DNA of 64,000 nt, from contig OX597818.1 of the NCBI GenBank assembly GCA_951406725.2, positions 79,608,001-79,672,000 of the forward strand, given 5' to 3'. Position 1 is the first letter of the stretch. The number at the start of each line of letters is the position of its first letter. The translations under genes were made by a program, and so were the position numbers. The notes below the pieces were generated by a model that made no database searches, was not told where the DNA came from, and saw nothing but the letters and a program-made list of their open reading frames with translations. The DNA comes from Octopus vulgaris (taxonomy: Eukaryota). Of the stretch, positions 28,349 through 42,754 are shown one piece after another.

Positions 28349-28914
28349 TATGTTTTATTTATTTGTATATATATATTTTCTTAAGAAGAAATTTGGTCCA
28401 TGTTGTGTGTGATGAAATTCACGAGATATGTATAAATATATATATATAAACTGCAAGGAGACGTAGAAGGCATCTGGCTGTCTACTTACTTCAAACGATG
28501 TCGTCGACCATGACAACAACGACGTTGATGTGGAGGAGGTGGAGGGAGAAGAGGGGGACGATGTCGATGACACCGACAATGATGATAATGGTGAGGTGAT
28601 GATGATGACGACGATGAGTACCGGTCTACCATCAACTCCTGTTTCCATTACGATCAGTGTTCCTTCCCATCCTATTGGGGGCAAAGTCGCCTTTTTATTT
28701 CTGTGAAGTTCATATAACAAAAACTGAGACTCTATTCTTAGCTGATCACAATCGTGAATGAAATGCAGCAACTTGCAATATTTATAAGTCTTGCGGTTGC
28801 TCAAGCGTACCACATGCAATTGGTACTCGACTCCATTTTGGTTGAGAATATCTATTCACATCCAACATAGAGACGAGTACCAAGACTTACATGTGGCACG
28901 CCTGAACACTTACT

Positions 28915-29325
28915 CTTTTACTTGTTTCAGTCATTTGACTGTGGCTATGATGGAGTACCACCTATAGTCGAGCAAATCGACCCCAGGACTTAGACTTATT
29001 CTTTGTAAGCCTAGTACTTATTCTATCGGTCTCTTTTGCCGAACCGCTAAGTTACAAGGACGTAAACACACCAGAATCGGTTGTTAAGCGATGTTGGGGA
29101 ACGAACATTAACACACAAACATATACACACACACACATATATATATATATATACATATATACGACGGGATTCTTTCAGTTTCCGTCTACCAAATCCACTC
29201 ACAAGGCTTTGGTCGGCCCGAGGCTATAGTAGAAGACACTTTCTCAAGGTGCCACGCAGTGGGACTGAACCCGGAACCATGTGGTTCGTAAGCAAGCTAC
29301 TCACCACACAGCCACTCCTACGCCT
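28915..29325 (-). mobile_element. Full-length family A SINE
   Basis: tRNA head (tggctgtgtgg / ggttcagtccc), internal (TA/CA) microsatellite, and 3' tail ..aatgactgaaacaagtaaaagagtaa. Confidence 0.85.
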
Positions 29326-30209
29326 GTGACGATCTCTTTATATGCAACTAGTGGTTGCTTTGTTAATCCACAAATGATATATACATATGCGCGCGCGCGT
29401 GTGTGTACTCCCTGATTTCAACACTTTAGAAGAACGGAAAGTGCTCTGTGACAAGTCATAAGATTTAACTTGTTGAACGAACCTTACTCTCAGCCTTTTG
29501 TATTTTATCTTACAAGTTACATTTTCCCAGAGAGACTAAATAGATGTTTATCAAACATACTGTATATAACATATGCATAAATGTATCATATAACCATGCC
29601 CACGCAGTAATGGTATTTTTGCTTTCGTTATTAAAATATTGTTAGCTTTTATTTGATTACTTTAGGGGTATAACAATTTTTGCGTGAGAGATTCGTTTTA
29701 GCCATTGAAAACACTTTTAACTATACATAATCATTTATTACTTGATAGAATAATTCCATGACCAGATCATAGACGGTACGAGGAAAATCTTTGACTCCAC
29801 ATAATAAATGATTAAGTAAAGCTAACAGTTTCTGTGTGTTTTAGAAATAGTTAATATGTGTTTACCATGCTGTAATTGCTTAAAACTCTTGCCAGACTAG
29901 TACAATTTCGAAATATAAGGCGGTTGATTTCTAGTAATAGACGTTAGGTTGCACTTTTAATGAGGACGACGAGTAGTGTGATCGGTTTAGTTGAAAAAGC
30001 TCTATCACTATTAAATTATCGACCGACAAAATGCAAAATGCAATGGATTTGTCAAAGCTTTAAGGCTTTGGGAAAAATAATGACTTTCAGTATTTGTTCC
30101 AGCTCTTAACGTTCTGAGTTCAGATCATACGGAGGCCAATTGTGTCCCTCGTCCTTTTAGTTCTTAGGTCGATTATGTCGAGTAACTCACTTCCCTTAAA
30201 ATTATTTAC

Positions 30210-30420
30210 TTTATTTAAGCCCTTTGCTACCTGTAGAATATAGGCCATCGACAACTTTTCTTTACTGCTCTTAACTCTGCACGGACTTTTCTGCTTCTCC
30301 CCTGTTGGATCCCTGCATTTTCAGTTCCTGCTCAGAATTCTGCCTCTAGATATTTTTAGGGTGTCTTCTCTACCACCTTCTTTGTAGGTTGCAGATCATG
30401 GTCTGACGTGATTCTCTGAG
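30210..30420 (-). mobile_element. Decayed RTE-like LINE 3' end
   Basis: Degenerate ..NP.GRR.RGRPKN.WRR-like segment and KVVDGLYSTGS just before an A-rich tail. Confidence 0.5.
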
Positions 30421-30558
30421 GGAAGACCTTCATCGTTCAGCTCTTGTAGCGTTTGAATTGCCATCGCTACTTCTAAAATTTTGCTTTCTTCTAGGTAGAG
30501 ATGGTCAATATTAGTCTGGTCTCTATCCTTTAATCTATCCAGAATGGGAGGCTCTACC

Positions 30559-30995
30559 CAGCGCTGGATTAACCATTAAGCAAAATAAGCACGTGCTCAG
30601 GACATTAAGGGAAGCACATGTTTATTGCACCACAGAAATAGTAAATGGTTTACAGCACAAAAGAAATCACTTTAAACTTGCTAAAATAATATTCGGGATA
30701 CCTTATCTTTAGTAAATATAGAAGTAGATTTGTTACGTAAGATTAGTTTTGAGAAACTGACCGAAGATTTTCCTATTAAAAAAAGAGAAAACTTTTCAAA
30801 TATAAAGCGGAAGCATACAAAAATAAACTTTATTTTACATCTTACTTGTTGAAAAATAAAATTTTATTTTTACATCTTACTTATTGAAAAATTTTTTATT
30901 AAGGTTTATTATTGTTTATATGTTGAATTACATATACATGGATACACCTAAGTCTTTTAAACGCTTAGGGCCTCTAAGGTCTTAATCAGGCCCTG
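30559..30995 (+). mobile_element. Non-autonomous hAT DNA transposon (437 bp)
   Basis: TIRs CAGCGCTGGATTAA / TTAATCAGGCCCTG and a perfect 8-bp TSD gctctacc (30551-30558, 30996-31003). Internal LSLVNIEVDLLRKISFEKLTEDFPIKK resembles the end of the hAT C-terminal dimerisation domain. Confidence 0.88.
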
Positions 30996-32006
30996 GCTCT
31001 ACCATGGGTTTGTGTTCTGCTAGTATAGCCGTCGGGGTCATTAAGGTACAGAAGCCATAACAATAATTTGATTGTGCTTAAATTAAAAACAGTTCATCGA
31101 CCCTCGAAATGGTGAAAAAGAAATTCAAGTCCTCGGTGGAATTTGAACTCAAAGCGCAAAAACTGGCACGTTACTAAATACTGTAAGATATTTTCTCTGG
31201 TGTTTTACCAATTCTGTCAATTGATATTCATTTTCTATTCTGCTTATTTTTTATTTTCGGAGTCAACCGTTGATGTAATGAAAATAACAGAACTAATGAA
31301 ATAGCTTCGTTTACATACCTCAAGGATATGTAGCTGGAATGGTGTACAGTGTACTCCTACATATCTGCTGGGATTTGAACTAATAATGTAAAAGAGCTTG
31401 GATAAACAATAAAACATACCGTTACATATGCTTTACCGTCTCTGCCAACTTACTCAGTAGCTTACGTTACACTATTAAATGCTTAAAAACCGTAAATCAT
31501 AAGATTATCTTTCTGTTCCTTTTATTTATCACAGGAAAAGGAAGGAAATTATGAGAGGGAGGGGATAAAATCGTTATACATCCCTGAGAGGGAAGTTAGT
31601 AAGAAATGTAGATCTACAAGGAAAGTATGTGAAGTGAGTTATACCAAATACACAGCGGCCATATTTTGCGTAATCTAGTATTATTGTTGTTGGTTATTTC
31701 ACCTCTTTATTTTTATTGTTTATTGTTTATGTTCTAAGAAGCTCTTTACTTTATGAAATGTAGCAGCCGCAGTTATATGTGATTTGGCTCGGTATGGTAT
31801 GTCAGTTAACTACATGAATATAGGCATTCCTTTTGCATCTTTCTTTCGCTGTCTTCCTTTCTTCTCCTCCACTTTCTCGCTCTCTCGGTACAGACACACA
31901 CAAACAAACAAACACACAAACATATACATATGTACATATCTTTACGTACAAACACACACTCATACATATATACATATATATACATATATATATATATATA
32001 TACATG

Positions 32007-32078
<72 letters not shown>

Positions 32079-32120
32079 GCACGTACATACGTGTATATAT
32101 ATATAGATAGATAGATAGAT

Positions 32121-32165
<45 letters not shown>

Positions 32166-32499
32166 CAGATATCATAGTTTGAAAGATGTAATCAATGCAT
32201 TTGTATATTTTTAATATTTCGATATTTCGGTATTTTGTTCCTGAATTAAATGGAATTTGTAAATGAAAAGAAATGAATTGGCAAAGTTAGCAAGAAACGA
32301 AAAACCTTCTCCACATAAATATAAATTGTTGACTTTAAATCGCAAGTTGGGTAGGTGTTCAGAGGAATTGCATTCATGTTCACTCAGTTCACCTTGTTTC
32401 GATAAATATATAATTCTAAGACCTATTTGAATATGAGAATCATGTTTTATATGTGAGCTGACTAAGTCTTTCTGCCATAGGTATATGCCCTGCAGTTTA

Positions 32500-33445
32500 T
32501 GGGGTGAGAGCTAATCGATTACATCGACCACCCTATGTTCAACTGGTAATTATTTTATCGCGCTCATTTTATCGGCGGTATTTGAACTCAAGACATGAAG
32601 AGCCGGAAGAAATACTGCTAAATATTTTGTCCGACGTGCTAATGATTCTGCCAGCTCGTAGCCGTAATAATATGAATTCTTTTTAATTTTGGTCCAAGAC
32701 CAGCAATCTCGAAGAGTAGGAGTATTTTGGTTATGTTTACCTCCGTGCTCAACTTGTATTTCTTTCATGGAACTCGAAATGATGAAAGTAAGCTCGATCT
32801 CAACGGCTTTTGAATTCAGGACATAGAGCCAGAAGAAATGCAGTTAAGCGTTATGTCTGCTCGCCATCCTTGAGTTAACTAATAATGGTTCTTGAGCTTT
32901 GGTTGAACGGAAAGCTGATTTCTGTTAACCAATTATTTTTCTTCATATTAGGGGTCGCTAAGGCGGCGAACTGGCAGAATTGTTAGCAGATCGGGCATTA
33001 GTGACATTTTGTTCGTCTTTACTCACTCTGTTCAAATTCCGTGGAGGTCGACTTAGTTTTTCATCCATTTCGGGGTCGATAAAATAAGTACCAGTTGAGC
33101 CATGAGGTCCATGTAATCGACTTAACCGCTCTGTCGAAATTGCTGGCCTTGTGCCTAAATTTGAAACCAACATCAGAAATTCCTACAAGACGACAAGCTG
33201 GCGTAGTCGTTAGCACGCTGGGAAAAATACCTTGCAGCATTTCCGTCTTTACGTTTTAAGTTCAAATGCCGCTGGGATCGACTTAGCTTTTCATTCTTTC
33301 GAGGTCGATAAAATAAAGTGTGAGTTGAATACTGTCGTCGATATAATCGGTTTACCCTTTTCCTCGACAGTGCTGGCCATGTACCAAAATTTGAAACCAG
33401 TATTAAGGATTCCTGCAAGGTGGCGAGCTTGCAGAATGGTCAGCA
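32500..33445. mobile_element. Cluster of family B SINEs (two minus copies 32500-32870; plus copies from 32959, 33188 and a head at 33418)
   Basis: Repeated family B head and core motifs. Confidence 0.75.
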
Positions 33446-33489
33446 CCAAAGGTGCAACAGCTCCAAACCAACTATATGGTGTTCAGAAG

Positions 33490-33780
33490 TAACGGGGGCT
33501 TGCAAATTCATGCTGAACTCCACTCTTGATCACTTATCCGTCCTCGTCACCTCCGCGCTTATCACCCGCTCATATTGTGCCACAAAAGTAACAATGAACA
33601 GGTCTATGTCGCTGCTAATTCTCCAGTGTTAATCTGGTCCATGTACTGTAGTACAAGTGTGTTGGAGTGTGGTGTACATCTCACTACTTTGCTGGCTTTT
33701 TTGCTCAATTTAGGTCCCGAAACGCAGGTAGACACTATCGAAAGTCTTGAAGTGCATGATACTATACCACACACAGGCTA
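33490..33780 (-). pseudogene. Highly decayed non-LTR RT fragment
   Basis: HFKTFDSV (cf. DF.KAFDSV) and IKSGVQHEFASP (cf. GV.QG..LSP) occur in the expected order. Confidence 0.4.
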
Positions 33781-35349
33781 GAGCCTCCTTCAGTCACTTA
33801 TAGAATATACAAGACACTCACTTCATGTGAAAATTTCTCCTCTATCCCCGTCTTAAACAAATTTCTTCGTCAGGGAAACAGAGTCCTTCATGACACATCG
33901 CTTCCACACTTATATATCTGACTAAATTTTGTCTACATCTAAAATTTCTTCAATGGGCGCGACATTTTCAAAGTTGCGTGTAGAATGTCTGTATTGTCGT
34001 TGTCGTTGTCGTTCTAGATATTAAGCAACTCAGCGAAATCACTGCTATTCGTGTCACAATCCACACATAAATAAATATATATATAGATACATACATACAT
34101 ATTTCAAAATGTGTCCGCTCTTCTGTGTAACGTTTTTGTTACGTTTCTTTTCATATTTATTTTCAATTGTATTTTCTATGCTTCTGTGAAAGCTTTTATT
34201 TCAAGAGGGAAGGAGCATTTTTCGCTCGCTTCATAATCTTAAATATCCCACACCAATACACATATACACACACACATACGCACACACACACACACAATAG
34301 TGGAGATTAGGAAGTTATCAACTTCCTAATCTCCATTTTATTTTCTTCTTTTAAATGGATATAAACTGTATGCTGTATACATACTTATTATTTTAAGGAA
34401 ATTCATTCCCTAAAAGTACTAGGTATTGAACAATATTTCCTCTGTTAAATTTAATAAATATATATATATAATTCGCATAACAATCTCGTAACGTGCATTT
34501 AAGAGGTCGTATGTCGTTATTTAGCTGGTACATGTTATCCTACTGGATAACATAGGTTGGATATACATGCGCAACTCTTCGCATAAGATTAATAGAATAA
34601 TATAACCCGAGGATGGGGATACCAGGCTTTAATAGAAGATCACAACATTTGTCTATGCACTCACACCAGATTTAAGTTGCTGAATTTATATTCAAATATC
34701 ATTTTGGAAGAGCATTCTTTATAACTAGTGGAACACATGAATATTTCACGGAATTAATGGTAAATGTATTTGGTTATTTCTGAAAACTTTATCCAAAAAA
34801 CTTGAAAGCGTAGCCTATGTTGTGTCTGTATCAAAAGACAGTCGCTTATCGGATCTGTATAGTTTGGCTCACAGATGTTTTAATTAATTTCTATTTAACC
34901 AAACGGTTTGAAACTTCGTATACTGGTGTAATTTCTCACGCAGAACACGGTTTCCTTTGAACATTTTTGACAAAATTTCGTATTTTAGAAGTTATCGTAT
35001 TTGGGTAATTTTAACCAATCAACGACGTGTATTTAGTTGAAGAAAGCTATTGCTGTTTGCGATAGTAATTGAAGAGGAACAACTTCCGGATCATCTCTAC
35101 CAAACGTCACCACTCTGTTCTATTCTATTTATTGTTTACTGCCTGTGCATATTACACTCCTTTTTTTTGTTCTCGCGTCGGAGTAACCAGTAAACACAGA
35201 AGAATCAACACGCGCGCGCGCGCGCGCGTGTGTGTGTATGTAATGGGGTCGATTCGTTCGACTAAAAAAATTCATGGTGATGCTCCCGTATGACCGCGCA
35301 GTCTGACTGAAACAAGTGAAAAGATTTAAAAAATTATACACTTTTATTC

Positions 35350-35750
35350 TTTTATTTGTTTCAGTCATTTGCCTGCAGCCATGCTGGAGCACAGTCTCGA
35401 AGGGTTTTACTCGAACAAATCAACTCTAGAACATTTTTAAAGCCTAGTACTTATTCTATCGGTCTTTTTTACCGAACCGCTAAGTTACAGGAACGTAAAC
35501 ACACCAACGACGTTTGTCAAACGGTGATAGAGAAAGGACACTGACACAAAGACGCACACACATAGATATATACATATATACCTATACGACGGGCTTCTAG
35601 CGCTTTCCGTCTACCATATCAATTCACAAGGTTTTAGTCGGCCCGCGGCTATAGTAGACGACACCTTCCAAAGGCGCCACACAGTGGGACTGAACTGGAA
35701 ACCATGTGGTTGGGAAGCTAGCCACTTACCTCACAGCCACGCCTGCACCT
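35350..35750 (-). mobile_element. Full-length family A SINE, tail-to-tail with a plus-strand tail fragment at 35235-35330
   Basis: Family A motifs throughout. Confidence 0.8.
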
Positions 35751-36529
35751 CCATGTATTTATTCTCGAATCTATTCCATCGCATCTGATCACATCAAAAC
35801 TGCGCCATAATCGTCATCATCATCATCATTATCCTGAACAACAGGATGCGATTTGATAGATGTGTAGGTAGTTAGCATGAAGGTGTATGCTGGTGGTTGT
35901 GGTGGTGGTGTGGTGTTGGTGGTGATGGTGAAGGCGTCTATTGGTGTATCAAAGAACGTAAGCTTTTTCCATCACCAGCAGCAGCAGTCGGCATATTTTC
36001 TGTGGAAACAGCAGCAGGCAGAGTCTTGTTAAGAGGTCGAAGGTGACAATAATACTGAACCACCACCACCACCACCGCTGTCGGCGTCAATAGACCATTC
36101 TACTATTTCCACTACCAACACCATCACCAATACAACCATTACTGCCACCACAACTTCACACTTCTCCTTTCTTTATTTTCCTTCATTCCATCTTTTTTCC
36201 GTTATTTCTGTTATTTATTTCTACTTTTTAACTGGTGGAAGCTGTAGAGCGTTGTATGATGTTAGCAGTGACTCTTTAACATTCTGAGTTCAATTTCTAC
36301 TGTGATTGACTTTTTAAAAAAAAATTTTATCATTCAATAGGTCAAGAAAATGTAGAACCATTCAACTAATTGAGGGCAATTAAATATTCTGCATACTTTC
36401 CAAAACGAGTTTTGGTCATGGCTGGCTGAAACGCTTTTATAACATATGTTCCCAATCAGGCCAGACCTGGGGCTGAATAACTTCATTGAATGTATGAGAT
36501 ATATGTCATTGTGTCTCTCATTATTTCTG

Positions 36530-36995
36530 AGCCAGCAGAGCATTTCCGGGAGAAATGCTTAGCCGTATTTCGTGCCTTCGTGTTCTGAGTTCAAATTCCG
36601 CCCAGGTCGACTTTGCCCTTCATCCTTTCGGAGTCGATTAAATAAGTGCCAGTTACGCACTGGGGTCGATATAATTGACTTAATCCATTTGTCTGTCCTT
36701 GGTTGTCCTCTCTGAGTTTAGCCCCTTCTGGGTAGTAAAGAAATAGGTATTTCATCTGTTTATAAGGCGGCGAGCTGGCAGAAACGTTAGCACGCCGGGT
36801 GAAATGCTTCGCGGTATTTCGTCTGCCGCTACGTTCTGAATTCAAATTCCACCGAGGTCGACTTTGCCTTTCATCCTTTCGGGGTCGATAAATAAAGTAC
36901 CAGTTTCGCACTGGGGTCGATGTAATCCACTTGATACCTTTGTCTGTCCTTGTTTGTCCCTTCTATGTTTGGCCCCTTGTGGGTAGTAAAGAAAT
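36530..36995 (+). mobile_element. Two tandem family B SINEs, subfamily with ..tttgtctgtccttg..gcccctt.tgggtagtaaagaaata tail
   Basis: Two units of about 235 bp with the same core and tail. Confidence 0.85.
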
Positions 36996-38507
36996 ATATA
37001 TTTAGTGGAGCCCACTTAGTTGCAAGCAGTCGGGTCATGTATCAGTTTGTGTACTTTAACAATACGATTAATATAAGAATGGTGGAAGAGTCTAAAGGAA
37101 AATAAGAGTAGTTCTGTCGATTTCATTTCAGTATCTCTTTTATAGTTAAAAGTTGAAAATGAAACACAACAGCTCCAAGAAAAGAAAGCAAAGTAACATT
37201 GGAAAATGAGATTAATGATGCTATAATTATGTGAGAATGAGAGCCGGATGTCTAAGGAAAATAACAGAGTAATATTATGCTTGAGATGGTGATTTAGTTG
37301 GACAATTTATGTGATTGTATGCAGATGAAAATTTGAAAGAATGAATAAGTATGTCCCCTGCCATATTTAGATAAGAAGCAGAATTGGTAGTTCACATCAT
37401 TTCATAGACAAAAGAGTATGATGTGACTCTTTACTACGTTCTTTTCTCCCGTGATTGTGTGACGTTTTCACTCCTGTCTGTCCTGATCGTCTAACTCTGT
37501 ATCTGCCCTTCATTTTACTTAGTATAAGGTGTGTTAAGCTTAACCATAGCTTAACTGATTTCCAATCTGCAGCTTTTGATCCGGCAGTATTTTGACGTCA
37601 ATCAAAAATTTAACAAAGGTCGTCATTGATTAGTTCTTTGTTGCCCTTTTTTTTTTTTTTTGTCATATCATCACTCAATTTGAAAGAACATGTTTTTACT
37701 TTTACGAAAACCTTCTAATTGAAAAACAAATATCTCTGGTTCAAATTGAGGCAGAGGCCTACTGGAGTACTCCTCTTAAAGGGCAGTTTTAATATTATAG
37801 AGTACCAGACAAAGCAATGCACCGTGGACCCTACATTTATTTATTGACAGTAAACTACAACATACACAAATAAGCGCTGGATTCCTAGACCCGTAGGATA
37901 CTCTCTTGCAACTTCTAGAAGGGACCCTCGGAAGAATCCTCAAGACTGCTGGAAGTCCCCGGAAAAAATCTTGGGCAATTTCCTCCCCACTCTTCTTTGC
38001 ATAAAATACAAAACAAAAATGCCGAAGCTAAGAGAGTTATATTCTGTATTTCATTATCCAAGAGAATGCAACACAGGTTCAAGCCATGTTTACAGAACAT
38101 TCCCTTCCAAGCGCTACATCACTAAATATTATTAAGAAACACCTCAGAAGGCCACCCTCACATACATCTACCAATATGTAAACGAGGCAGCTTTTAGGTG
38201 GTCACTTCATGTGCCAAGAAATAGTAACCAAATTCATTCAAATTGCACACTATTTTATTGGAAAAGGAAGGACGTGTATGCCATAGTACTAAATATAATC
38301 CAGGCGAATGGGCACGGAGACAATGTTTGTAATCACACGTCTGTTCAATCTGAGACGACATGGGGTTAAACAAAACAAAAACAACAACAGCAGCAACAAT
38401 TGTCTACATTATTAATTAGCTAACGTATGATCTTTGGGAATTTTTGTTGTTGTTCTCAATGTTGTTGACTCTAACATTGTTGTTAGTATTATTATTACTG
38501 CGGTTAT

Positions 38508-39470
38508 GGCGATGAGTTAGAATAATTCTTGGCACGCTGCACAAATCGCTTAACGGCATTTTGTCCATCTGTACGTTCTGAGTTGACTTTGCCTTTACTC
38601 CTTTCGATGATGGATAAAATAAGTACTAATCAAGTACTTATGTAACCAACAAGCCCACCTACCATCCTCTCAAAAAACTAGATTTTTGCCGAATTTTGAA
38701 ACGCTCTGAGTTAAAATTCAACCGAGGTCAACTCTGCGTTTAATCCTTTCCGAATCAATAAAATAAGTACTAGCTGAGCTCTGGGTTCGATAAGATTAGC
38801 TAGACCCCTCACCCAAACTTTTAGGCCCTGTGCCTATAATAGAAAGGACTATTATTCTTTTCTACTCAAGGCACAAGGCCTGACATTTTGGGGGAGGGGA
38901 CCAGTCGATTAGATCGACCCCAGTACGCAACTGGTACTCAATTTACCCACTCCGAAAGGATAAAAGGGAAAGTCGACCTCGGCGGAATTTGAACTCAGAA
39001 CGTAAAGACAGACGAAATAACGCTAAGTATTTCACCCGGCGTGCTAACGTTTCTGCCAACTCGCCGCCTTAGGAAGGATAATTATTGTTGTAGTTAAGGT
39101 AACCAAAATGGTAGAATCGTTAGCACACGGAAAATTGTACTTGGCGGCATTTTGCCTGTCTTTGCCCTTCTGAGTCCAAATTCCTCCAAGATTCACTTTG
39201 CATTTCATGCTTTCAGGGTCGATATGATAAGTACCAGTTGGGCAGTGTCGTCGATGTAATCGACTTACACCTTCCTGCAAAATTTTAGGCCTTATTCCTA
39301 TAGTATACAGGATTATTATTGTAAGGCAGCGAACTGGCAAAATCATTAGCATGCCGGGCAAAATGTTCTCGTCCGTTTCTACGTTTTGAGTTCAAATTCC
39401 GCCAAGGTCGACTTTGCCTTTCATTCTTTCTAGAGCGATAATTTAAATATCTGTCAAATACTGGGCTGGA
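38508..39470. mobile_element. Cluster of about five family B SINEs (one minus copy 38860-39072)
   Basis: Repeated head/core units separated by short (TTA)n tracts. Confidence 0.75.
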
Positions 39471-39480
39471 TATTACTACG

Positions 39481-39852
39481 GCACTCGGTCGGTCACGACG
39501 ACGAGGGTTCCAGTTGATCCAATCAACGGGACAACCTACTCGTGAAATTAACGTGCAAGTGGCTGAGCATACCACAGACACGTGTACCCTTAACGTAGTT
39601 CTCGGGGAGATTCAGCGTGATACAGAGTTTGACAAGGCTGGCCCTTTGAAATACAGGTACAAGAGAAACATGAAGAAAGGGTGAGAGAAAGTTGTGGTGA
39701 AAGAGTACAGCAGGGTTCGCTACCACCCTCTGCCGGAACCTCGTTGAGCTGCAAGTATTTTCGCTCAATAAACTCTCACAACCCCCGGTCTGGGAATCGA
39801 AACCGCGATCCTGCGACCGCGAGTCCGCTGCCCTGACCGCTGCGCCTCCAGG
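39481..39852 (-). mobile_element. Full-length family C SINE, apparently inserted into a family B copy
   Basis: Matches 21972 (head/body) and 48622-48903 (tail). A family B-like tail resumes at about 39855-39920. Confidence 0.8.
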
Positions 39853-40493
39853 TTGGATATAATCGTCTAGGCTTCTCTTCCCTAATTTCAAGCTTCGTGT
39901 CTATAGTACAAAGAATTATCGTTGTTGTTATTGTTGCTGTTGATGACACCATTGTTGTTCTCGTTGTTGTTATTGTAGCCTTAGTTGTAGTTGTTATTGT
40001 CGTTCATGTATTTAATCAGCATTAAGTTATACCTTCTGTTAGTTTACCACAACTGTAACAGCTGTTCTTTTCAGTCGCAAGCAATCTGCGTCCCTCGGGA
40101 CTTTCCCTTGAGTCTTTTTTTTAAAATTTTTCTTTAGTAGTGAAGCCCGCCTAATGGTGAGTCATGTTTCATGCGGTCCGCTTCTCGAAAAAGGGTTGCC
40201 CATGTCTGCATTAGTTGTTGTTTTGTTATTATTATTTAACCCTACCTCAGCCTTAATCTAGTTAACCTATTATCAAAGGAGTACCAGCCATGATGAGACC
40301 CTCTTTTTTGGGCTGTGAAAGCCTACAATACTTTCTACGTTCAAACATTTCCGTGTGATTTAAGAGTGACTGAACAGCTATTTCTAGAAAGTTAAGCGAT
40401 TTTTGTATGTTACTATACATAGATATTTTTTGTTGTTTTATAGTATTTCTTCTTCTTAATCTCTTTCTAGTAGTAGTAGTGGTGGTTGTGGTG

Positions 40494-40534
<41 letters not shown>

Positions 40535-40720
40535 ACATCATCATCATCATTATCATCATCATCATCATCATCATCAACATCATCATCATCTAGAACAATA
40601 ACATAAGTTGTAGTAGTAGCAGTTGAAGGAATTGTGACAATTCAAGATATAGAAGCATGGCACTAGAAGCAGGAGGCGACAACAGCAGCAGCAGCAGAAG
40701 CAACAGCAGCAGAAGCAGCG

Positions 40721-40753
<33 letters not shown>

Positions 40754-41121
40754 TTCACTTTCTATTATTCCTGTTACTTTTACTCCTCACTATTTTCATT
40801 CAACCATTCCTTCTCTCTCACAAAATAATTTCTTTTAACTCCAAAATTAAATGTATACACCTCTATAAGCACACGTGCACAGACACATACACAAACACAT
40901 ACACACACATACACACCAAAAACATAAGCACTATCCATAAACTTGTGTGTGTGTGTGTGTGGATACGTATATATACGGTTACTTTGTTAACTGGTTCAGC
41001 AAAGAAAGCCTCCACATTTTAGTACTAAACAAGTCTGACGATCGCCATGTAACGTGACATTAGCTTTAACTCAGCTGATTCCCGACATGAAACTTACAGT
41101 CATTTGTTGCAAATGATATTC

Positions 41122-41171
<50 letters not shown>

Positions 41172-41172
41172 T

Positions 41173-41235
<63 letters not shown>

Positions 41236-41515
41236 CACACACATACATACATATGTATATGTTTGTGTGACTGTGCGTATAAATATATATATATATATCT
41301 TATATTTTACATGTTTCTGACATTCGACTGCAGCCATGTTTGGGCACTGCCTTGAAGGATTTAGTCGAAGAAATTGACCCCAGTAATTTTTTCTTTAAGT
41401 TTGATTCTTATTCTATCAATCTCTTTTACCGAACCGCTTATTTAGGGGCATAAACCAAGCTTACAGCAGTTGTCAAGCGTTAGTGGGGGAGATACACAAA
41501 CACAAAGAAACGTAC

Positions 41516-41592
<77 letters not shown>

Positions 41593-41939
41593 CATACATA
41601 CATACATACATACATACATACATACATACATACATACATACATACATACATACCAAGGAATCTCTCGTCGCTAGGCGACGTATGAGGTTTCGCCAATTTC
41701 TTGCCGAACACCCACACATGATTTGTTTATAGTGATCAAATGTTCGTGTTCATATAAGCTCACTCCCGCCATCAAATCAACATTACCTGTACAGGTGCAC
41801 CGTGTGCCATATGTCAGATGACGAAATGATCGCAGAGCAACGTGAAATTAAGTGCTTTGCTCAAGAACACATCGCAACGCCCGGTCTGGGAACCGAAACA
41901 TCGATCCCGCAATTGTGAATGCAACGCCCTATCCACTAA

Positions 41940-42008
<69 letters not shown>

Positions 42009-42059
42009 CATTCAGATAAACAAACAACTAAAAAACAGAAAGAAAAAAGAAAGAAATGA

Positions 42060-42172
42060 ACGTGAGGGAGAAAGTTGTCGTTAACGATTCGAGCATAGCT
42101 CTTCATCGGAAACAGTAGAGTCCAAAGAGAAAAAAGGAAAAATAAAGTAAAATCGCCAACAGTCCACGTGGG

Positions 42173-42250
<78 letters not shown>

Positions 42251-42452
42251 CCTCGTGTGTACCGTTGGCGATATTATTTTTTCCTCTGTCTTCCCTTCTC
42301 TGGATCTTTCCTTCTCCTATGTTTCCGACGGAAAGCTCCGCTCGATACATTAAGCCCTCCTTCTTTCCTTCTTTCCTGAGCGTCCAATAATACTATATTT
42401 GTTCCACGTCCTCGCGTTGTTGTGTTTTTTTGTGCTTTCTTATTTGGATTAA
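42060..42452. mobile_element. Inverted pair of a short repeat with degenerate minimal hammerhead-like motif around a TA/TG array
   Basis: Minus 42082-42112 reads tttCCGATGA a gagc tat gctc GAAT cgtta; plus 42322-42352 reads tttccgacggaaagctccgctcgatacatta. Confidence 0.5.
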
Positions 42453-42560
42453 CTATATATATATTTTTGTCAGACAGGATGCTAGAAAAAGGAATATTGT
42501 CACCGCGGAGTTTGCATATTAAGAAGCATTTGGAATTTTTCAATAAAAATATTCTCCTTG

Positions 42561-42754
42561 ATTCTTTCTTGTGTAGAGATTTTGTCTTTACATTGATAGA
42601 AAGGGAATATATGAAATTTGGGATTTTTATTTCTTGTGCAAGAGTCTATATGGCTACTGAGGCACATAGACGCTTGCGCTAGAAATAAAAATCCCAAATT
42701 TCATATATTCCTTTTCTATCAATGTAAAGACAGAATCTCTACACAAGAGAGAAT
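42561..42754. repeat. About 90-bp-arm fold-back inverted repeat (42561-42651 / 42664-42754)
   Basis: The arms are reverse complementary with a few mismatches and a loop of about 12 nt. The right arm abuts GA/GACA tracts. Confidence 0.9.

Noticed and set aside
40125-40170. Possible micro-exon tttctttag..atg|gtgagt
   Set aside because: Splice-like words alone, with no supporting frame or neighbouring exons.
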